A stretch of 64,000 nucleotides of DNA from Lingula anatina (Eukaryota > Animalia > Brachiopoda), in assembly GCA_051362555.1 (NCBI GenBank), contig CM120640.1, positions 21,576,001 through 21,640,000 on the forward strand, in the 5' to 3' direction. A program made the position numbers and the translations under genes. A model generated the notes under the pieces. The model was not told the DNA's origin and did not search any database. It saw nothing but the letters and a program-made list of their open reading frames with translations. Every line of letters starts with the position of its first letter. The first letter of the stretch is position 1. Below, piece after piece: positions 40,383-55,300 of this stretch.

Positions 40383-43300
40383 GTACATTTCACTTTCAAT
40401 TTTATTTCTGTTTTACTTTCGTGAGATAAATATAATGTTTATGAAACGATATCGCCCCCCCCCCCCCCTGTTGGCAGGAGTGTTGTCAGGTAGCGTGGTC
40501 CTAACAGGTCCGTCAGTATTTCTGTCTATCTGAGCCTTCAGATGATCAGCTGATCTCTGTCTGGGTGTTTTCTCAGCAGTGGAGCCAACAGCTTGTTTTC
40601 ATTAGAGACCTGCAACACAAAACAAACAGTTATTATAGAGACCAAATGGGAAATAATATTTACAGAATGTTTCTCTCACAAGGAAACATGCAAATTTTTT
40701 TATAGGGTATAGTTGATCATATTAATTTCTCCTTCACAGCAGATAAAGCATACCAAAGAACCAAAATATACCAGCCTTGAATATATTTGAGCATTTCGAT
40801 TTTCATTTTCACTTCATACTGTGCAATAAATAACTTAGTCAAGAAAATAGAAAATATACATGCAAGAAGAAAGCGTTCATTTGATAACCTGTAATTAATA
40901 TTCTCATTCCACTTATTTTTCACATCCCATAGAAGCTGATGTATAATCTATAATCCATTCACCTTGAAGCAGTCATATTCTCCATATTATACATCATATC
41001 TGTCATACTGCTGACAACCCAGTTACTCTCTCTTTTATATTCACTAATGTTCTCAATAAGAAATAGGTTATAGACAGAAGCAGCCCTGCTGGGATTCTGG
41101 GTGGGCAATGATACCTATCAACAGAAACAGTATTCTTATATAACTATATGTTGTAACACAATTTTATCTCAGCCTGGTAAACAATATGTAATATATGTAC
41201 AGGCATTGAGAATATTTAGAGTTCAATATAATCTATATTTGATGGCAGCTATTTCCTGCAATCTTGGTAACCTTGATTCATTCCCTAGCCATTTCCCAAT
41301 ATTCCCAGAAATGCCTACTGTGAACAAATAGGGTGATTCAATTTTTATCTTGGATATTCATATATACTAGCACATCCAGTCGTTATAATATTATTGTTGG
41401 TATGCTATAACCTTTTGACAGCAGAGAGCTGGAGGGAAGGAAATAGCCATGAAAATATAGCCACCACATTCACTTTTTGTTGACCTGATATGGATTGTAT
41501 GTGCAACAACATTAAAAGTCATTACAGGTTACTAGTGGTTGTGATATACGTATATACCAGCATATATTTCATATTTTAAAGATTGCTGTATCTAGACTTC
41601 TTTGAACCATTAACTATGACCAAAAGAGCAGGGAATGGGGGTAACTGTAGTTAATTGTACATTAATATTATAGATAGCTGAAAAGGGTTTGTATTTTAAG
41701 TGAAGATTACTAGTATAACATTGACTTCGGCTAGATAATAACCTAGAATGAATATTTTACAAAATTTGGCAGGGGTACAATGACATATGTCATATACTAC
41801 TTGTGATATATATAGGAGGTTCATTTCAATGCTGTGGTAATAATGCAAACATATTTTACCTCAAACTACATAATATATGTTAGCTGGCTTTTATGATTCG
41901 CATAGTAAAAGATTAGAAGCTGTGCGACTGCATAACCCTATTATTCCCATTTCAATTATAAGTTCATAATTCTCTGAAAGGTATAATAACATAACACGTG
42001 GAGCAGGCAATTTTCAACTGAATTGATAGGAATTGTGCCATAAAATCATCTGTATGGGTCTGTACTCTCCAGGCTTTGTTATAGAGTAGCGTTCTGGGCA
42101 GAAGGAGAACAAAAGTTCCAACAGGCAGTCGTCATGAGCCAAGCATGATAGAGGATTATGAACCATGGAGCCATGTTTAATATCCCTTCAGTGAAAATGT
42201 CTTCTAAACCAGTTTTGGCACAGAGTGTAGGTGGAGGGGATAGCCACTTCCTTTCAAACATCTACCTTATCGTGAAAAATAGATTCTCCTCTCCTACGGC
42301 ATTTACCTTGAGGTTAAAACGAAGAAGCAGGTGCACTGTTAAAGATTGGATCATGTTAAACTGGCATGTGGAAAGTCAGACACTAGCACATTACACTTAC
42401 TGCTGTCTGGGCAAATTATGTTTGTCAATAATCCCAGACTGGTGATTAAAGGAAATAAGACAAAAATCTACTCTTTTTGGTCTCGGCTCACATGCCTCAC
42501 ACTAAAGTTGTATACACTTGTGTGTATGCTAATTGCTTCTTGGTGAATAATAAAGGCAGTATGCCAGTATTATGGAAATACAACATTATAACTATATTAA
42601 GGGCTCTATTATATTGTAGATTTATAGCATTATGGTAATACCTTTAGCATTGGCTTTTTTTTTTTTTTTTTTTGAGATTATCATATTTTGATGTATTCTT
42701 ATGATAATCTGATTGTATTTTGTGGATTTTTGATAATTAATTTTGTTACTATGTACTTTTTTTTTGTAGAAAGCCAGCTTACTACCTATAATAACCTACA
42801 TATGATAAGATCTCCAAGCACATGCCGAATGTCATACGTGGCTCTTACACCAAGAGTTATAGGCATCCTGAGTAGGGCACTGATACCTTGTTATGATTGC
42901 CATACCATTGGGCCTGCTACACATTGAACATTTATGTTGCAAAACTCTCTGGAATGTTGCTCTTCCACGCTATATATATTTTAGTTAATGTTAAGGCAAG
43001 ATCATTATTATATCTGTGGGCATCTTGGGATATTTTAAGGCTAGTTTCTGATGATCTATTGAACCTATAGAACATGATAGAAGCATTGTTTACTGTTCAG
43101 CTTATCCAGTGGGAAGTGCCAACTGAGAGAATTCGTGTTGAATGACTCACTGTTTACTGCGACAGCTTCTCTACATTTTATAGAATGATTTGCTGCTTAT
43201 TATTGACTATATTCAGTAAAATGCTGATTGCTTGTCAAATATACTCCCATGCTCATTGTTCTGTTTGTTTTATATGGACATAAATTAGTGGACATGTTAC

Positions 43301-46300
43301 ACAGCAAGCTCCAGCTTAATGTTGATTTTACTCTTTGCAAAGTAACATTATTTATTTTTCTTCCATTCCAGAATCATGCACAAATTACTCTTTAGGTAGG
43401 CATATATTTGATAAAACAATTAACCTATTTGAAAGGTTTCAGATAACTCTGTTGACATAGTTACATTGGAATCAACATCTAATACTGATGGTATATTTGA
43501 TTCATTACTTTCATTACCTGTATAATGATGAAAATGATAAAAAGGTGGAAAAACACATTACAAACAAGAATTTATCCATGAGATATCCCACTCGAATATA
43601 TATGTATTACATGTGTCTGTGTTAACAGTAAGCCACACATTTAAATTGAAATTCTTCATTAAAAATGTGTGTTCGGGTTTTAATGTGGCACCTTAAACTG
43701 GATTTGTCACCTAGTTTAGGTCACCACAATGGATTTATTGCTATAAGACACCATTTAAGTAATTGGAAAAGGGTGATTAAAAGGTGAGAAATATGAGGAT
43801 TTACTATTGAAAGTTCTATTTGCAACCTTAGCATAATGGAAAGCAGCATAGTTGACCTGACAGGTAGATAACACAGGGGGTGCCATTGTGGGAGAGCATT
43901 AACCCGACTCTTGACTCCTGTGAAAATAATAATCTATCATAGCTTCAATAAGAAAAGACATCCACCTGTTTATAACTTCAAAAGGAACATCACAATGAGT
44001 TGTTAAAAATGAAGGGTGATTTTATCCTTTATGAAGTGTCTGTACGTGCAGTGTGTTGATCAAGTTAGCAGGTTGACAACATAATACATGTACATTGATG
44101 GATCACCAATGACAAGTGGAGTAGCACAGTCCTGCTTTATCACTTCCATGTTGTTTCACAGCACTCAACAGAGAGACATAATTATGTATGCAGTCATGCA
44201 ATAGTGCACTGATCATTCAGTAAAACAGAAAACCTTCCAACATCTCTTATACAATATAGATTTGCTGCAGGGCATTTGCCATGGTAAAGGCTAGTTTAGT
44301 CAAGGTCTCAATGTGGAATATGATTCGAGTCCAAACTGCTTCCATGAATTGGGCATATACAAGTAAATGTCTGTGGTTCTTTAGGCTTCTGTGCAATGGA
44401 CAGGACAATAAAAATATCTCAATGCACCCCAGACATCATAAACTAGTTAATAAATGTAGTTATCTGATGACACACAGTGTATGCTCATTTAATTTATATA
44501 CATATAATTAAAGCCCATTGCTGCAGGGCATTTGCCATGGTAAAGGCTAGTTTAGTCAAGGTCACAATGTGGAATATGATTTGAGTCCAAACTGCTTCCA
44601 TGAATTGGGCATGTACAAGTAAATGTCTGTGGTTCTTTAGGCTTCTGTGCAATGGACAGGACAATAAAAATATCTCAATGCACCCCAGACATCATAAACT
44701 AGTTAATAAATGTAGTTATCTGATGACAAACAGTGTATGCTCATTTAATTTATATACATATAATTAAAGCCCATTCTGAACAACCCTTTACGTATTATGT
44801 TGTTGTTTGTATGAAATACACATGACTCATCTGATATATCCACCTATTTCAAGGAGAGGCTTGCCAGCTAAAGCAGCCTGCCTGGACTGAAATGGCAATA
44901 CTACTTGTAATTTCCTGTGGTTAAGTCGGGGGAGTGAACTGGTTGTGTTTTTATTCTGATACCACACTTGAATTCTGACAAACACCGATAACATTTCTCA
45001 AACTCCAGAGACGCCCATGCTGACAATAAAACTATAGTACATTTTGATTATGAATAGGAAACGCCTGTGTGTACACTTTAATACTCACATTAACATAATA
45101 TCATATCCTTTATTTTACCTAAGGGCTATTTTATATACAACATTGAGTGTGTATTGGTTGTAAAATAGATGCTGAGCCATTATTTCAAAAACACCAGCCA
45201 TCTTGCCTGAGCAACACACATTTCATGATTTATTAATGGTTTATAAAATCCCGAATGATAGTTTACGGGTCACCTCAATATGCATCAGCATATTTTATGT
45301 TTTTAATTGATGTTCAACTTGATATCAAAAAATTGACTAAGATAATTCTTTGACTTTCCCAAATATTGGTGTCTTTTCATCAAACATGAACTTTTTCTGC
45401 AGAAAAGTGGAATTTCACTTTTTTTTAAATTCAAATCTAATGGCTCCTGAGATTCGTCAAGGTTACGTGTTGGGTTCTATGATAAATGTTCAGAGTTTTT
45501 TTTTAAACCTAGGCTCATGTTTATTTCATGGATTTAACATCATAGCTCCCCCTGGAACAGTATGCTGTTTCAGATTAATTTTTGGCTCACATATTTCTAC
45601 TTTGTCATTTTTGGATTGATTGATTATATTATAATCTGTATAATATTGTTACTATGCCATGGAAGGCAAACGAGGTGGTGTAGCTGGCACTCTTAATGCA
45701 ATGGTTGAACTGTCTTCTCTGTCACAATTGGTGTTGTTGGACCACAACAAATCTCTTCCTGAAACCAATTAGCAGTGTCAAGCTTTTAAGATGAATAATG
45801 TGATATTTTGCATTAATGGTATCATAACTTATATGATGCATGCTGTCCATTAAGGCCATAAACTTAATAAAAGGTATCCTAACTGGAATTTCTCCTTCAA
45901 ATCAAATTTTCCTTTAAATCAAATTTCTCATTCTCATGGATAATTTTTAAACCCATCCCTGCAATTGAATTTAATTTATTACATCATTACTAATTATTTA
46001 TTTTAGTTCTTAATGACTTGAACCACCATGTCTCCATGTATGTTTCAGAATATTTGCATTAGGTACTTTTATTTGAAAGGTTTAATTATTTTTGAGGTCT
46101 GAATAGGGAAAGATAATTAGCTTTGTATGTTCTGTAAATATAGAAAAAAAAGACATTGGGACATTTTTAAGTGCAGCCAGTATATCTTTCAATATTAAAT
46201 AAAACTTGTTGGTGTAATATCACTAGACACACCATCAATGTATTGATTTTATGTCACTAAATTTGCAGAATATTCAGTTAAATGTTAAAATAATTGGTTC

Positions 46301-49300
46301 AATAAAGGAGCTCACAAATTAATTCAGGTTCAGTAAAGTAAGAGTTTTAATGACATTTTCCTCCTATTAATCATATGTTTTAAGAGCAAAGTGAAATTAT
46401 TTTTGCTGGATGAATCATATCCTCAGTAAGGCTGTATAAAACCTGGCTGATCTGAAGGGATTATTGGGGTCTAAGATGCTACAATTTATATCATCTGAAT
46501 GACTAATTTTTACCTGGATCGGGTTGAAAGTACAAGCTAAGCTAACACTATTTAAGCACCACCATGGCATTCTGTGCAAATGTTATTTTGAGCCTAATTT
46601 TATGGACGTTTGACTTGCTCATTTGATAATGAAAGGTGAAAGGAAAACAGGTCTGGCCCATGTCTTTTATTATGAGAGTAACTCTACATGCTTATGTACA
46701 ATGGGCTAAATTATGCCTATGAATTGTGAGAAAATACAGTCATGTGGTGCAGTGATACTTAGTGTAGTGTTAGGTGTTCCAAGCTGCTATTGATTGACCT
46801 GATTCAGGGCCCAGACTGAGGGTGCTGAGCAAACCACTCCTACGGTATGTGACGAGAATGTCACTGGCTGGCGGTGTTAGTAGTCAGATGTAGATGGTGG
46901 CTCACCCTGCACTGGAGCAGAAGTGTTGTGAGGAGATGAATCGAGGTTTGTGACTGGACAATAACATACTGAGGACATACCACATCTGTGTGCTTTGGGA
47001 CTGATATTTTGCATGGCCACAGCCTCTTGGTGGTTGACCATTTGTTCCCGAGTCCATTTGCGGTGACACAGTCAAGAAGCTTTTGATTTGACACTTGGCG
47101 AGGCATGAAAGTGAAAAAGACAACAGGCAGAATAGGCTCCCAGAAGGTGGATAACATAACTTAGACAGCCATCTGTACACTGAACAGTCATAGGGGAAAT
47201 GGCCCTCAGTCATCTATATCATCACACAGCCAGTGCAGTAGCTAGCTAGGAGGGTGAATCAAGCTTGGAATTTTCATTGCTCAGAGTTACATCAGGAGAG
47301 TGTACTCGTGTCAGTGCACAGTTGGAAGGGAAGGGGGGAGCATGGAGTGGTGGGAGAAACAGGCTCTGTTTGAGTCTTCTTCCTCTACCCTGACATCCAA
47401 CAATCCTCTGGATGCACCCAGCTCTGCTGAGGGATCAAGTGCTTTCCAATTTTACGAAGAGAATCGATTGCGCTACACAGGTATGGGTTGGATCAATAAG
47501 TAATATTTGCAGCTATTTAAGTATATAGAATTCCCAAATTGGACAATGTGGGAGAAGCCTTGCATGTGTTCATTCCATTATGTAAGAGATGCAAGAAAAT
47601 ACACCCTTATTAAATAATGATAGCTGTGTGGGCAAACAAGATCTAAACAGAATGTCCTTGAAAGATACTTTGTCTGGTATTTTGTAAAACTAATGGGTCG
47701 TAATGGTTTTCAACAACTAGAGGGCCAAACATACCTCTCAGTTTTCTGCTTGCCTTTATCTCTCCACTTAATACCCGAGTAGCTGTATATTGACAGATAT
47801 GATTACCATGTACTTATCATTTCTGGAAATACTGGATTAAGATCTACCAAGTTTTTGGTGTTCTAGATATTTTCATTGGTACCTGATATTTCAGTAGTGA
47901 TCAGATACATGATAGATAATGTGAGGATGGCATCATTTGTTACTCTATGCATTTAAAATGAAAATGTTTCAAGATTTTTTCCCGTAGATAAAGTATTTAA
48001 CCTGTGGTTCCATAAAGTACACATGGAATGTAAATGTGATTTCGTTGAGTGATTCTAGTTCAAGAATGCCACTGTTCAAATTACTTAAATACAACAGGTA
48101 GGAAAGAATACGGAAATATATTTACCAAGATGTTTATATAGGAGAAACTAGTTTTGCCAGTTTTGGTGGCGTCATATTTCTATTGTCACATTTGCCCCTC
48201 CTTGGCATTCTTGGCTTCCCTTGCCCATAAAATTTAGTGAAACTAGCAGTTGCCTTAAAGCATATTTGGAAAAGGTATAAAAATGCACAGGTGATGAAAG
48301 TCCATGTTAATCAGCTGGTGAGGTGTGCCAGGATGTTACCCAGAGTTACATAAAGTTACCAATGAATGAACTGTGATAGTGGTCAACTATCATAGACTTC
48401 ATCTGATTCCCAGGGCTGTCTGGGATCTAGAGAGGATAATGAAGATAATGATATGAAGGGGTTGTTTTCTAAATATTGAATACTGTTGCCAATTTAGATG
48501 CTTGTTTAACAGTGTGCTACATCAACTATTCTTCAAGTAAAAAGAAGAAAGCTTCAGAAAATACTTCTACCTTTTGAGGTGCTATATATGAATGTGCTAT
48601 ACTTTTCCAGTCATAATTATATAGAAATGAACTGTAGAAGACTACTTCCTCTCACTAGAACTGTATAATATCATGTCATACTGGCACCAGCATTCTGTAT
48701 TCAGTTGGCCTTCCTCTCTTCCCCACCATCATTTATGATAACACATTACACACACCAGTGAAAAGCATGTTTGTTTATTGATGTTATCATCAGAAGTATT
48801 GTCAGGAAAGATAGATGTCATGTTCAGATTTTATGTATCTGCTTGTGCTTTTGCCAGCTCACTTGATATGTATTGTGATCTGAAATTCTTTGTCTTGGTA
48901 TGATATTGGCAGTCTCAGGGATATTTGTCAAAAAAAAAAAAAAGATTTTCCCGAAATCTAACAGTCAAAATTCCTTCATATTCCTTGTATAGCTCCTGTA
49001 TAGGGTCAGTCACTACATGTGTTCATGAAATATTGATTTTGATCAGAATTCAGTGCCTATTTGAACCAAAACAGCTTTGCAAATATATATTGACAGATGT
49101 TTGAGTGGGTGAATCAAATAGTAAAAATACATGTATGGTTGACCCACAATGGGCTTCATGCATTTTGAAGTAAAAAAATGTCCAGTTGGTGTCATTACTA
49201 ACCATCTGTTACTGTTTTCTGCATCTTATTAATGTGGAAATGCTTATTTGTGTGCTTCATTATAATAACTTCTGACAAAAAAAGAAACTTCATGATTTGT

Positions 49301-52300
49301 ATTTGCAGTTGGTCGGAACTGCTATGGATAAAAACAAATATGTAAAGCTCTTTGATGATTGATTTAATTGCAAAATAAATGAGAGTTGTTAAAAAAACAG
49401 GAATTAACAAATATGTTAAGGAACTTGACTATGATTAAAAAACCAAACTTGTCTTTTCAGATGAAAGGGACGCTGTACAGAAGAAAACTTTCACTAAGTG
49501 GGTGAACAAGCATCTTAAAAGGGTGAGTAATTACTGCTTGTATTTCCCAGAGGAAGCTGCATAAGTGATTCATTTTCTGCTGCTATACTGGTTTTCGTGG
49601 AGAAAGAAGATATGTAAAGAAGAAAATGTGGGAGATGAATAAGCTTCATACTTGAATTCTGAACTGGATAGTCAGAAAGTTGAGGGTGATCGAAATGTTG
49701 TGTAAAGATTCTTTCAATTGATAAGACTCATAGAAATTAACACTTTAGTGCCAGCTAGGGGCATTTTGTTATAGTCCTCTGAGCCTCTTTCCTCCAGCAG
49801 GCTAAAAAAAATATGTGCATTTGCACATACATGCACACAAGCACGTTCATGCATGTAGTCTCTCTCTTATTCACTCACTCACTCACACTCACACACTCAC
49901 ACACACACACACACACACACAAAACTAAGTGGCTAGATGGGAAACAACATTTCTTTTCGAATTCTTACTAGAACATTGAGTACTACACTTGTACTTATAA
50001 AATGGATGGTCACTTGAACCTTTTGACAGATAAATGTCACTTAAATGAGGATGACCAGATCGAGTTATGCAAAGGAGAAACGGCTATCTCTCTATGAGGA
50101 AATTCAGGAAGACTGTATCCTGTGGATGGAGATAAAAGGCCCTATGTTCATACAGTGCCTAATGAGTGCCAAGACTGTGAAAAAAAACTGTTCTGATTGA
50201 GGGGAACTCTTAGAAAATCACACAGATGATTTTTAAGAAAGACATGGTTTTAGATAATTATGATTTTCCATATGTCTGCTTCATTTTTCCAGTTTTTTTT
50301 TCATATCATTACAAACACTGATGTAAACATCATCTCACTTCTTTTTTTTTAATTGTTATCCCTGGGCTTGAGATAAAAAAAGGATATTTGACATATGATT
50401 TACAAAGCCACATGATGGATTATATCACTTGTATTACTTTGGGCAGCAGATGGTATGTTCCCGTCTGATGTGAAAATTTTAACATTTTAAAAAAGAAAAG
50501 ATAAGAAAGAAAATGTTACAACAGAGAAAGAATTGAAATTTAAATATCTTGCTGGGTTATATTTTTTTTCTCTGTGAGGAGAGGTGAAGTCAAAAATAAA
50601 CGATGGTTTTATGACTCCAGGAAATGTGACACACCCCAATAAAAAGGCAGAACACCTGCATTTATTTACTACTGTCACTGCATGAATTCACTGTGTGAAT
50701 ATCAAGTAGCTTCTGATGACCAATTTAAATGATATAAGTTTCATGTAATGACCCCACCAGACAGAACTGACCTTTTGGGTTGGACAACTATAGAACAGAT
50801 CAAGTAAGAGATGTGACCATCTGTATGTATATTGAAAGACTCATTTTCATGAATTGATGCCCATACAGAAAACTACAACTCTGAGTTGTTATTTTCTTGG
50901 CAAATTTGAATACACTCTTGTTAAAGACGAAGATTTAGTAACCAGTAAAAACTTGACAGTCCCTCTGAGGTGTTGAATACATTATGTGTAGTGGAAGGAT
51001 TACTGTCGCCACAGAAGATGTAGGTGATGAATCAGTGTTCTCCTTCTCCCATTCTAGAGGCTACCTGATGCTACCACTCCTATAGAAATTGTAGAAGTAA
51101 TGTAACTGTACATGCTAATTGATATTTTTTTTGCTGAATTGGTTTGTTCTAGAAATTTATAGTATATTATAGAAATATATATTTATAACGCCCAAGGTAT
51201 AATTATTTTTTCTGTTTGTTTAGAGACATGTAAACTTGGAACTTGGGTTCATCCTCACAGGTATTAAAAAACATCAAGATAAAAAATATCACTTTCAAGG
51301 AGACTGAGAAACCATGTCTCGGTAAAATACAGATTCCATGATAAAACATCCAGCACACACTCCTATGACACACTCTTAGCAATATATTTGTATTTCCGGA
51401 AGGACTGAATGTACAAGACCAAGCAAGCCGTCATTAAATGGGTGTAGAAATTGAAGCCTGGAAATGAGAAAGATGAAAGAAAAGGTTGTGAGGTTAATGG
51501 GAAAATGACTGGTGGCGTAATTGCAGGTTGTCAGCATATCGCATATATGATATGAGCACACATCTCAAACCGTCAGCAAGGAGAGATTTGGGGATTTGAC
51601 CCACTTCACTCACATATGTATTTACATCGATTTATCTTTTCCAGTTTGATTTTACTGTTGCAAAACAGAAATCTTTATCTTAATGCCACCACTTATCTTG
51701 ATATTGCTGTATTTTTTAGGGTCGGAGAGAGGATAAGATGCACTCATCTAAAAAAAAAAAAAAGCCTTGCTATCAGGCAGTTGATTGTATTATAACATCC
51801 ACAATCCAAAAATATGCCACTTACATAGAGAGAGCTTGGTATGACAGTTTTAGATGTGTTTAAAACAGGAGACTTACAAAATATAATCCCTGTTAACAGC
51901 TTAAAGGTATATGGAAACAAGTTGTTGAAATGAGAGACAAGGTGTTCATTCGAGGGAAAAAATGCCATGTGACTTAACACAGGCAATAGAACCCTTTGAG
52001 TGGGCCTGAGGCCAAAGTCTCACCTGTCAAAATTGTCAATGATGTATACTGGATTTTCAGAATTCAAACTGAAACATGAACAAGAACACATATGCCTTTG
52101 GAACAATGTTGAGCCGCAGTCCAGTCTTTTTCCAATGTGCACTCCATATAGAGTAATTGATAATTATGTGTCTGGGCAGTTGGTGATATATGCACATTAG
52201 TGGGCCATTAATTAATTAATTATCTGGAAAAGGTAACTATTACTGAAAATTATTAGCATGGAGTTGTAATGAACCCACTAAATGTATGTCTGTAATCAGT

Positions 52301-55300
52301 TGAAGTGAGTCTAACATCTGGACATGTTTTTCAACTTTTGGAGAATTAACAAGACAAAAGGTTTTAGAATATTATATTCTCAAAGTTACCCCAAAGTTAC
52401 TCTCACTGAAATGATGTCAGTCACATACCCCCCAACAGAACTGTCAAGTAAACTAGTTTACTGGGTACAAAGGTCTTTAAGATTACTGTCAAAGGGTGAT
52501 TTAAATTTATTAGCAGCAATGATTTGGAATTTCACTATGTAAAATGCTGTGTGTCAGAAAATAGGCCCTTAGTCACTGACTGGACCAGGTAGGTTATCAG
52601 AAACTGGTGACAGAAATGTCACCAAGTACAGAAACCAGTGGCTTGATGTGAGGCATGGCAGGTAGAACCAGCCTGAGTCAGCCTCACAAGTAAACTATTG
52701 TCAGCGCCTTGGTTATTGGCACTATATGAAGCTGGCATACCTATTTTATCCTGACATTTTATTGGTCAAAGTACTTTTTTACCCTTTCCTCCAGTTTATC
52801 AGGTTTTCTGAAGATTTTTAGCTTTGCTGTTTGAATGCATACACATGGCCTCATTTTACAAATAATTAATAACAAAGAAGATGTCTGTAAAACCAAACGG
52901 TTTGGAAGGGTCAACTTGACTTTGCTGTAAGCACACCTTAATATTCCAAACTGATTAAGTTGATTTTCCCAAATTTTATTTGCTGCTTATCTTTAACAGA
53001 CTGCTATTGCTAAGTTGACTTTATATTGCCAGCATCTGAGTTTAGCTTAGCTAACCCTTTTGACACAAGCTTTGTGAAAGCACCATGTAAAAACATCCTT
53101 TGGACAGAAAAGTGGTGTTGACCAAGGAAGCATGCAAGACCCAAGATATAGAAAATGTGCACACAGGTATTAATGCCTTTTCATGGCTAACGTCACACCA
53201 TCTGTTATACAGACAGAGGAATAATATTGTTGTATATCTATTTACCTTGTCATAGGTCACCAAAGTCTTGTCACTGGATAAGAAATTTGTTCTGTAAAAA
53301 TCTTAAATTTAATATATCTTCCTTTGACACAGTTGAATATGATGTATCACAAGTAACTGCCAGGAATTTTGGACAAAAATGCACTCTTGTCAAACTTGAC
53401 AAATTTGAAATTTGAGTCTGTTTTTTAATGAAGGCAAAGACCGAAAGAAGACAGATCCTCAGGGAGAAAGGATAATACATCTTCAAGTCATTGAACTATA
53501 AGTCCACTTTTGAAAATACTTTGTATAGACCCTAACAGAAAGATGTGATCTTCTGCTGTGCTGAGCCTGACTTTAGATCCTATATATATAATACAACATG
53601 TCATCACTCTGTGCGTCATGCTCTGGCTGCTCCATGCTATAAGTTATTTACTTCCACTGATACCCTTAACAAAGGTCAGGGGGGTTAACTTACAGTTCAC
53701 CTGGGATATTTACCCATTAAGTATGTAGGATAGCTGTGCTAGAGCCTGGATAGTGAACACGCTGGTAGGGAATACCATGGATAACTGATCCAGGCGAGAT
53801 TGACCTTTTTGAGAATCTGTCTGAGATGAGAGATGATATTAGATATCGTAATGTGAAAAAAATTAAATAAGTTGCTCATTTAAAGATTGAATGTTTATTG
53901 ATTGTTCAGAGAGTATGAATAATATGTCTGAGTGAAATCTGTAAATTGCTGGGCAAATATTTGAATGTATAAAATTGTTAATTTTGTAGTCAGTCAGTCA
54001 TCATTGTAATTATAATGGTAATAAAGGCTATAGGTTATAAACTACTTTAGCATGTGGAAGATGTTCATTGATGATGAGTCTTCTTTTTCACCATTTTCAG
54101 CACTGGCGATTGTCAAAGGTCGGTTTTAAATCTTTTGCAATCCAGCACGTTTTTGTATTATTTTTTAGCAAAATTCTTCAATGTGCTGAACTCAAACTTG
54201 TTTTTAGTAAGACTGTCCCCACTTTCCTTTCCAGTATTCAGTTTATTCATTCATTTTCAGTTTGAGTGTACACATGCTAATTTTTTCATCGAAAAATTAA
54301 TTAATATTTCCATATTTTACTCATATTGTTAGTTCCCAATTTATATGTGTCTTAAATTTCTTTTCCTTCTCTGTATATTTTGTTTTTATACCTGCTTGTG
54401 TAAAAATGTTGACTTCTTCATCAGTATTTGTAGCACAATGTTGTGACACATAGCACATCTAACACACTCAGTTCTTATCCAAGTACCAGAAATGTGTCTT
54501 TGTACCATAGTACTTGATATCAGTATATGGTAGATATTGTGTAAAATGAAGTCTTCTTTATCATACAACATTTTGTAATTGCTCAAATGATTTATCATAA
54601 TTCTTTAAATGTAGCAGATTTTTAATGTGATGATCAAATTGTGTTTTTCCTGTTGCTTTTATAGTCAGCCTTGTTAGTCCGTGAGTTGATGTGCTCTTTT
54701 AATCTAGGAGCTTTCAATATTTAAAACTTTATTTTGGTTCACACAGACATTTTTTTCTGTATTATATACATAAACAAATTTTAAATCTGCTTCCAGTCTG
54801 TAAGGCAAGTGGGTGACCTATTTGAAGACCTGAGGGATGGCAACAATTTAATCACACTGCTTGAGGTTCTGTCACAAGAAACTTTAGTAAGTATATTATT
54901 CTTTGGTTTTACTATCAAATTATTGGAATGTTATCATTGCAGAAAACTTTTGTCTATTATAAGCACAATGACTTGACATATTTTATGGATCTCTGTTGTA
55001 TGAATGAAAGGAATATATTTGACATAACTTAATTATACGTACACATATCCACATGAAGTGAAAATTACCTCTCAATTCCAGCCCAGAGAAAGAGGAAGGC
55101 TGAAATTCCACAAACTTAACAATGTGCAGATTGGGTTGGATCTTCTCAAAAACAGAGGGGTAAGTGCTCACAGTTTTCAAACATTGAATCGAAACAGGTT
55201 ATTTCAATGCCTGATCAGTGCATAAGTGATGTTGTTTTTGCTGTAGAGAAGGTAAATTGTCCTCTTTTTCATTTATAGTCAGGAGCAATCGAGTAATTGC

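Noticed and set aside
49461-49522. Spectraplakin exon 2 is also 62 nt, and exon 5 shares ACTCTTGGAT with the satellite; possible origin of the satellite from this gene
   Set aside because: Only short scattered word matches, with no collinear alignment or peptide similarity. Consistent with chance.
51711-51745. Possible extra microexon after TTTTTTAG
   Set aside because: No suitable donor or family-like peptide.
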